NCBI GenBank assembly: GCA_963668025.2
Contig: CAXXTH010000018.1
Location: 224,001 to 288,000, forward strand
DNA: 64,000 nt
Source of the DNA: Candidatus Hydrogenedentota bacterium
GTDB taxonomy: Bacteria; Hydrogenedentota; Hydrogenedentia; Hydrogenedentales; SLHB01
Reading direction: 5' to 3'
A program made the translations under genes and the position numbers. Below, one piece after another: positions 59,079 through 64,000 of this stretch. The notes below the pieces were generated by a model. It did not search any database and was not told where the DNA came from. It saw only the letters and a list, made by a program, of their open reading frames with translations. Position 1 is the first letter of the stretch. The number at the start of each line of letters is the position of its first letter.

Positions 59079-60296
59079 GTGCGCGCCCTTAGACTTAGGA
59101 ATCTCGAGTATGGGGAATATAAGGAGAATCCTGTGGGAGCGACATACCGTTTATCTGTTCATTCCGGGGAACACCGGCGCTCCTATTGCCCTGTAAGTTT
59201 TTTATTGCCATGGAGTTATGCGGAATTTCCCGCAGCTTCCCTCACCGATGCCGATACAGGCGCCGCTATCCCTTGCCAAGTCTCCGATACGCCAGAAGGC
59301 GCGGTGCTCTCTTGGCTCATTCATGGCCTTCAAGCCCACGAGGTGCAACAGCTAATCGTTGAACCTCAATCCCAAGTCCTCCCATATGAAGGAGGCGTTC
59401 ATTTCGCTAAAAACACCGATTCGAAAACGGTGGGTGTGTTTCTTCACGGGGAGCTTTTTACGACGTATCATTATGGCACGGAATGGGTTAGGCCTTTTTT
59501 ACATCCCATCATCGGCCCAAACGGAGCCAAAGCCACCCGGAGCTGGCCGGTAGACACAAGCATTGCTGGTGAAACAGAAGACCATCCGCATCACAAATCG
59601 GTTTGGGTGGCTTATGGCGATTACAGCGGTGTGGATAATTGGAGCGAATCTCCCGGCCATGGCTTCCAGCGCCATCGTGAATGGCTGCGCATGGAGTCCG
59701 GCCCGGTATTTGGGCGCATCCAGGTGCGCAATGATTGGTGCAATTCCGAGGAAGTGAAGCAATTCGAAGAAGTGCGCGATATGCGTTTCCACGCACTGCC
59801 CGGCGGCGTGCGGCTTTTTGATATCGCGGTTACGTTCCATATGAGCGAACGGGAAATCACGTTTCGCGACACCAAGGAGGGCGGCATTGTCGCCGTACGG
59901 GTGGCCACCTCCATGGATGTGCCGCAAGGCGGACATATCGAAAATGGGTATGGAGGCATCAACGAAGAAGAAACCTGGGGCAAGCAAGCGCCCTGGTGCG
60001 ATTATAACGGCATGGTGAATGGCCATCATGTGGGAATTGCAATTCTCGATCACGATACGAATCCCCGTTATCCAACGGCATGGCATGTCCGCGATTACGG
60101 TCTTATGGCCGCTAATTGCTTTGCGTGGAGCCATTACCGGCCTGAGGCTGGCATGCATGGCGATATGGCCTTTGAACAGGGAAGCCGCACGACATGGAAA
60201 TACCGGCTATATGTTCATGAAGGCGGTGCGAAACAAAGCGGCGTGAATGGCCGGTTCATCGATTTCATCGCGCCGCCAAAAATATTCGTGGAGTAA
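59079..60296 (+). CDS. DUF6807/'PmoA-like' family protein
   Basis: RPFLHP, DHPHHKS.W, DTKEGG, WCDY, WHVRDYGL. Confidence 0.7.
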   Translation: MRALRLRNLEYGEYKENPVGATYRLSVHSGEHRRSYCPVSFLLPWSYAEFPAASLTDADTGAAIPCQVSDTPEGAVLSWLIHGLQAHEVQQLIVEPQSQVLPYEGGVHFAKNTDSKTVGVFLHGELFTTYHYGTEWVRPFLHPIIGPNGAKATRSWPVDTSIAGETEDHPHHKSVWVAYGDYSGVDNWSESPGHGFQRHREWLRMESGPVFGRIQVRNDWCNSEEVKQFEEVRDMRFHALPGGVRLFDIAVTFHMSEREITFRDTKEGGIVAVRVATSMDVPQGGHIENGYGGINEEETWGKQAPWCDYNGMVNGHHVGIAILDHDTNPRYPTAWHVRDYGLMAANCFAWSHYRPEAGMHGDMAFEQGSRTTWKYRLYVHEGGAKQSGVNGRFIDFIAPPKIFVE

Positions 60297-60359
60297 CCTG
60301 CCGCTGGGGCAGGTTCATATAGGCATGGACCACACACGGGCGAAAACGCCAATGGGGCA

Positions 60360-61544
60360 GTGATGGCCACAACAAAGCCGAAGAAAGACACCGATACAGG
60401 CGAAAAAAAGCCTGTATCAAAAATAGGGAACACGAAAAGCGGCATGATGGGCCCGGCGCAAAAAAACAGCGTTCAGGTGAAGAGTGGGCCCTCTCCTAAA
60501 AAAAACAACGGGACCTCGGCCCAGGCCGTATCTGTATCCGATGCGGCTCCTGCCGCCGCTAAAAAAGTGCGCCCGCTCGATCGCGTTTTCCTCTTCGGCT
60601 TGGCTGAGGCGATCCGTGAAGCGGTGCATCCCTATGTCGCCGCGGCAAAAGGCCGCGAAATTGTAGGCAGCGCCACGAGCGGCGACGCCACATTTGAACT
60701 CGACCGGGTCGCGGAACGCGCCTTGCTCAGTTATCTTCGCAACGCAAAACTTCCCATCGCCTATTACTCCGAAGACGCTGGCTATACAACATTTTCCGGC
60801 GGACAGCCCCAGCATCTTATTGTAGTGGACCCTATCGACGGCACGCGGGCCGCAAAAAGCGGCTTCGAAGCCTGCGTCATATCGGTAGTGAGCACCCGGG
60901 TGATTGAACGCCCCACGATGGCGGATGTGGACAACGCCTGCGTAATGGAAATCATGAATCCGCGCACTTTCTACGCCGAGCGCGGCAAAGGCGCCCGTAT
61001 CTATTCAGGTAGCCAGACCAAAAAGCCGAAGCTGTCCAAAAACACAGACCTTGAAATGATCTCGTGGTCCATGACCGTTCCCGCGCGCCCTGCGGAACTC
61101 ATCTTTCCAACCGCCGCCAAGCTCATTGATCTCACCAGCCTGAAAGGCGGTTTTTTCGCCTGCAACAGCACCGCGTTCAGCTTGACCCGCCTCCTCACCA
61201 ACCAGCTCGACGCCTGTGTCGATTTCGCGAATCGCTATTTGCGCGATATCTACGACGCGGTGGAAGACCACTTCATCAACGCCGGGCGCGGCACGGTGCT
61301 GGGCATAGCCCCATATGACCTTGCGGGCGCTTTGCTCATCTGCAATGAATCGGGCTGCATCGTAACCGATGCATATGGCAAAAACTTCGATGATGTGCTC
61401 TTGCTCGATAGCTCCGTGGCCAACCAGCATTCCTTAATCGCCGCCGCGAATGCGGAACTCCATGAAAAACTCATGAGTTTCTTCGACTTGCGCATCCGGC
61501 AATTCGAGAAACTGCTGCAGCACCGCGCCGAAAAAATAAACTAA
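60360..61544 (+). CDS. Inositol monophosphatase/FBPase superfamily enzyme with a Lys-rich N-terminal extension
   Basis: SED, VDPIDGT, PYDLAG. Confidence 0.8.
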   Translation: MMATTKPKKDTDTGEKKPVSKIGNTKSGMMGPAQKNSVQVKSGPSPKKNNGTSAQAVSVSDAAPAAAKKVRPLDRVFLFGLAEAIREAVHPYVAAAKGREIVGSATSGDATFELDRVAERALLSYLRNAKLPIAYYSEDAGYTTFSGGQPQHLIVVDPIDGTRAAKSGFEACVISVVSTRVIERPTMADVDNACVMEIMNPRTFYAERGKGARIYSGSQTKKPKLSKNTDLEMISWSMTVPARPAELIFPTAAKLIDLTSLKGGFFACNSTAFSLTRLLTNQLDACVDFANRYLRDIYDAVEDHFINAGRGTVLGIAPYDLAGALLICNESGCIVTDAYGKNFDDVLLLDSSVANQHSLIAAANAELHEKLMSFFDLRIRQFEKLLQHRAEKIN

Positions 61545-61661
61545 CAGCACAAGCTCACTACATGCGAAAATGCCTCAAAAGAAGGTGCTTTGTTTTTTAT
61601 TCACCGCAGCACAGCCTCGCGACACCTCCGGCCTTATGACTGCGCATGAATTGGAGCCTAC

Positions 61662-64000
61662 ATGGAAATACGTCTGACTCCCACGGGACACTTGCGTTGG
61701 GATTTATCCGAAGAAGACACACTGCACGGCGTTCTAGAGCACATTCGTAGCGCATTTCTATCCGACTGGCGCGAAGGGCTGTTTCTACTCGCAGCGGAAA
61801 AAACCTCCCCTGAGAATTCATTGACGTTCCGCTATTGGCGCGGGCTTGCGGAGCGCTTCTTGACCGGCTTGTGCCATATTCCGGGCTCCTCGGCGGAATT
61901 CCAGGTGGAAACGCCCTCCGATGCGGACTATGCCACGTTGGTGCTGACCGCACCGCCGATGCCAGGCGGCGAGTATCTGTCCTCCGAAGTGTTGAGCGGC
62001 ATCTGGTCTGCGCTCGATACATGGGCGCATGAAGCCGTCTCGGCTTCGGGCGGTCTTGATGCTTTTTTTCAATCTCGTGCGCCTCAATGGAGGCAGGTCG
62101 GGCGGGTCTGTTTCCATCTGGCGGAAAACAAGAATGATATCGAGCGGCCGTTCGCATTTATGGCGACATACTCTTCCGGCTTCGGTGCGGCGGGCCAGCT
62201 TAAGCATCTTCCATTAGGCAAAGCCCTGGAACAATACGCGGGCGCAAAGAACAAATCCGCCCTGATCAAGCTTTTATCGCCCGTCCAGCAAGCATCAGAA
62301 CGCTGCGCGTGGGTCAAGCAGATGGCCGATTCGGGCGAGATCTACCGGCCAGTGGCGTGGCGTGCGCCGCAGGCGTACGTACTGCTGCGCAGTGTTCCCG
62401 AATTGGAAGAAAGCGGATTATCCGTCCGGCTGCCGAATTGGTGGAAAAAACGCCCCCGGCCAAAAGTCAGCGTCACCATTGGCGAAGAGAAACAATCCCG
62501 CCTGGGGATCGATGCCCTCCTCGATTTCGATGTGCAATTCGCGTTGGGCGATACCTCGTTGACACGGAGCGAGATAGCGGAATTGCTGCAATGCGGGGAC
62601 GGCTTAGTGCTGTTCAAGGGCCAATGGATCGAGGTGGACCGGGAGAAGCTCCAGGAAGCCATCGCCCATTGGGAAAAGGTTGGCCAGCAAGCAAAAGAGG
62701 GTGCGATCTCGTTCATCGAAGGCATGCGCCTGCTGGCAGGGGCCTCGCCGGATCTAAAAGAGGAAGAACAAACCGAGGAAGAACGCTCTTGGGTGCATAT
62801 ATCCGCAGGCGATGCCATGCGTGAAATGTTGGCCCGGCTACGGGAGCCTGGCCAGTTGGACGCCATCGAATTGGGAGGAGCCTTGCACGCTACGCTACGC
62901 CCTTACCAGCGGGAAGGCTTGTCATGGCTGCACTTTCTGACCGGGCTGGGCTTGGGGGCTTGCCTGGCGGATGATATGGGCCTGGGCAAAACGATCCAAG
63001 TGCTGGCGCTGCTGCTGGCGGCGCGCCAGGATGCCCCCGCGCCAGAACGTACAACTTCGCTGCTCGTGGTTCCCGCGTCGCTGATAGGCAACTGGCGCAA
63101 CGAAGCCGCCCGGTTCGCGCCATCATTGAAACTGGCCTTTCTGCATCCCGCCGAGAATGACCGCCAAACACTCGACGCCATCGCGCAAGCGCCAGAAAAG
63201 CATCTGCGCGGTGTGGATCTGGCCATTACGACCTACGCCATGCTGGCGCGGCAGCATTGGCTGTCAGCATATCCTTGGCGAATAACCATACTCGATGAGG
63301 CGCAAGCCATCAAAAATCCCTCCGCCCAGCAAACAAAAACCGTGAAGAAACTGTCCGCCCACGCCCGCATCGCCCTCACGGGAACGCCCGTCGAGAACCG
63401 CCTGGGCGATCTATGGTCGATTTTCGATTTCATCAATCCCGGCCTGCTCGGTTCGGCGCAGACGTTCAAATCGTTCACTTCCTCGTTACAGTCGCGCACG
63501 GTGAATCCCTTCGCGCCGCTACGAAAACTCGTGGGGCCATACATATTGCGCCGTATGAAAACGGACCGGGCGATCATCTCCGATTTGCCAGAGAAGATCG
63601 AATCGCCCTGTTATTGCAGCCTGTCCAAGCAGCAAGTGCGCTTGTATGAGCACGCCGTGAAGAATATGAAGGACGCCCTCGAATCCGCCAGCGGCATCGC
63701 GCGGCGCGGGTTGGTGTTGCAAGTGTTGATGCAGCTCAAGCAAATCTGCAATCATCCCTGCCAATTCACCGGTGAAGCGGAGTATAAACCCGATGAAAGC
63801 GGCAAATTCCAGCGCATCGCCGAGGTGCTCGAGGAAATCGCGGAGCGGCAGGAAAAAGTGTTGATATTCACCCAATTCCGGGAAATCATCGCCCCGCTGG
63901 CGGCCCATATCGAGGGCATTTTCTGGCGGCCAGGGCTGATGCTGCATGGGGGCACGAGCGTGCAGAAGCGCAAAGAGATCGTGAACCAGTTCCAAGATGA
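61662..64000 (+). CDS. SNF2-family helicase, partial (runs off the window end; absent from the ORF track)
   Basis: Own translation from ATG 61662: VCFHLAEN, LRPYQREG, LADDMGLGKT, LDEAQAIKN, LTGTPVEN, ILRRMK, LKQICNHP. Confidence 0.92.
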   Translation, partial: MEIRLTPTGHLRWDLSEEDTLHGVLEHIRSAFLSDWREGLFLLAAEKTSPENSLTFRYWRGLAERFLTGLCHIPGSSAEFQVETPSDADYATLVLTAPPMPGGEYLSSEVLSGIWSALDTWAHEAVSASGGLDAFFQSRAPQWRQVGRVCFHLAENKNDIERPFAFMATYSSGFGAAGQLKHLPLGKALEQYAGAKNKSALIKLLSPVQQASERCAWVKQMADSGEIYRPVAWRAPQAYVLLRSVPELEESGLSVRLPNWWKKRPRPKVSVTIGEEKQSRLGIDALLDFDVQFALGDTSLTRSEIAELLQCGDGLVLFKGQWIEVDREKLQEAIAHWEKVGQQAKEGAISFIEGMRLLAGASPDLKEEEQTEEERSWVHISAGDAMREMLARLREPGQLDAIELGGALHATLRPYQREGLSWLHFLTGLGLGACLADDMGLGKTIQVLALLLAARQDAPAPERTTSLLVVPASLIGNWRNEAARFAPSLKLAFLHPAENDRQTLDAIAQAPEKHLRGVDLAITTYAMLARQHWLSAYPWRITILDEAQAIKNPSAQQTKTVKKLSAHARIALTGTPVENRLGDLWSIFDFINPGLLGSAQTFKSFTSSLQSRTVNPFAPLRKLVGPYILRRMKTDRAIISDLPEKIESPCYCSLSKQQVRLYEHAVKNMKDALESASGIARRGLVLQVLMQLKQICNHPCQFTGEAEYKPDESGKFQRIAEVLEEIAERQEKVLIFTQFREIIAPLAAHIEGIFWRPGLMLHGGTSVQKRKEIVNQFQD

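Noticed and set aside
59079-60296. Methane monooxygenase subunit
   Set aside because: Soluble DUF6807-type protein with no TM helices and no pmoB/pmoC

Overview
Bacterial chromosomal window from a diderm, probably anaerobic organism. The porin and anchor-protein style suggests Ca. Hydrogenedentota; that assignment is inference only. The first ~20 kb is a sulfur island with two arms. The leftward arm is cysM - JAB protease - ubiquitin-like/E1/rhodanese fusion - family 2A encapsulin - cargo cysteine desulfurase - mnmA - iscS, with a divergent cysE. The rightward arm is a nitrogenase-like (group IV, Mar-related) operon: NifB-like radical SAM, NflD, NflK, APC amino-acid permease, small ORF, porin, NifX-like protein and MarH-like Fe protein. 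The NflD appears to lack the usual His cluster ligand. Both arms share an IscR/Rrf2-like motif over their -35 boxes. The middle holds carbohydrate-active and secreted beta-helix genes, two of them knocked out by identical ISKra4-like copies with 8-bp TSDs. It also holds a group IIC intron inserted behind a terminator, an ISAs1 element with a divergent passenger ORF, two copies of a 303-bp MITE carrying a REP-like palindrome, and surface proteins sharing an acidic-repeat/Pro-rich/TM/basic C-terminal anchor. The right end has a sigma54 promoter with a ~400-nt leader before an OprP-like porin, a 50-aa orphan peptide gene, phoU, and a partial SNF2 helicase. No rRNA, tRNA or CRISPR array was seen. 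Family assignments come from motifs read by eye and recalled family features; no database was searched.
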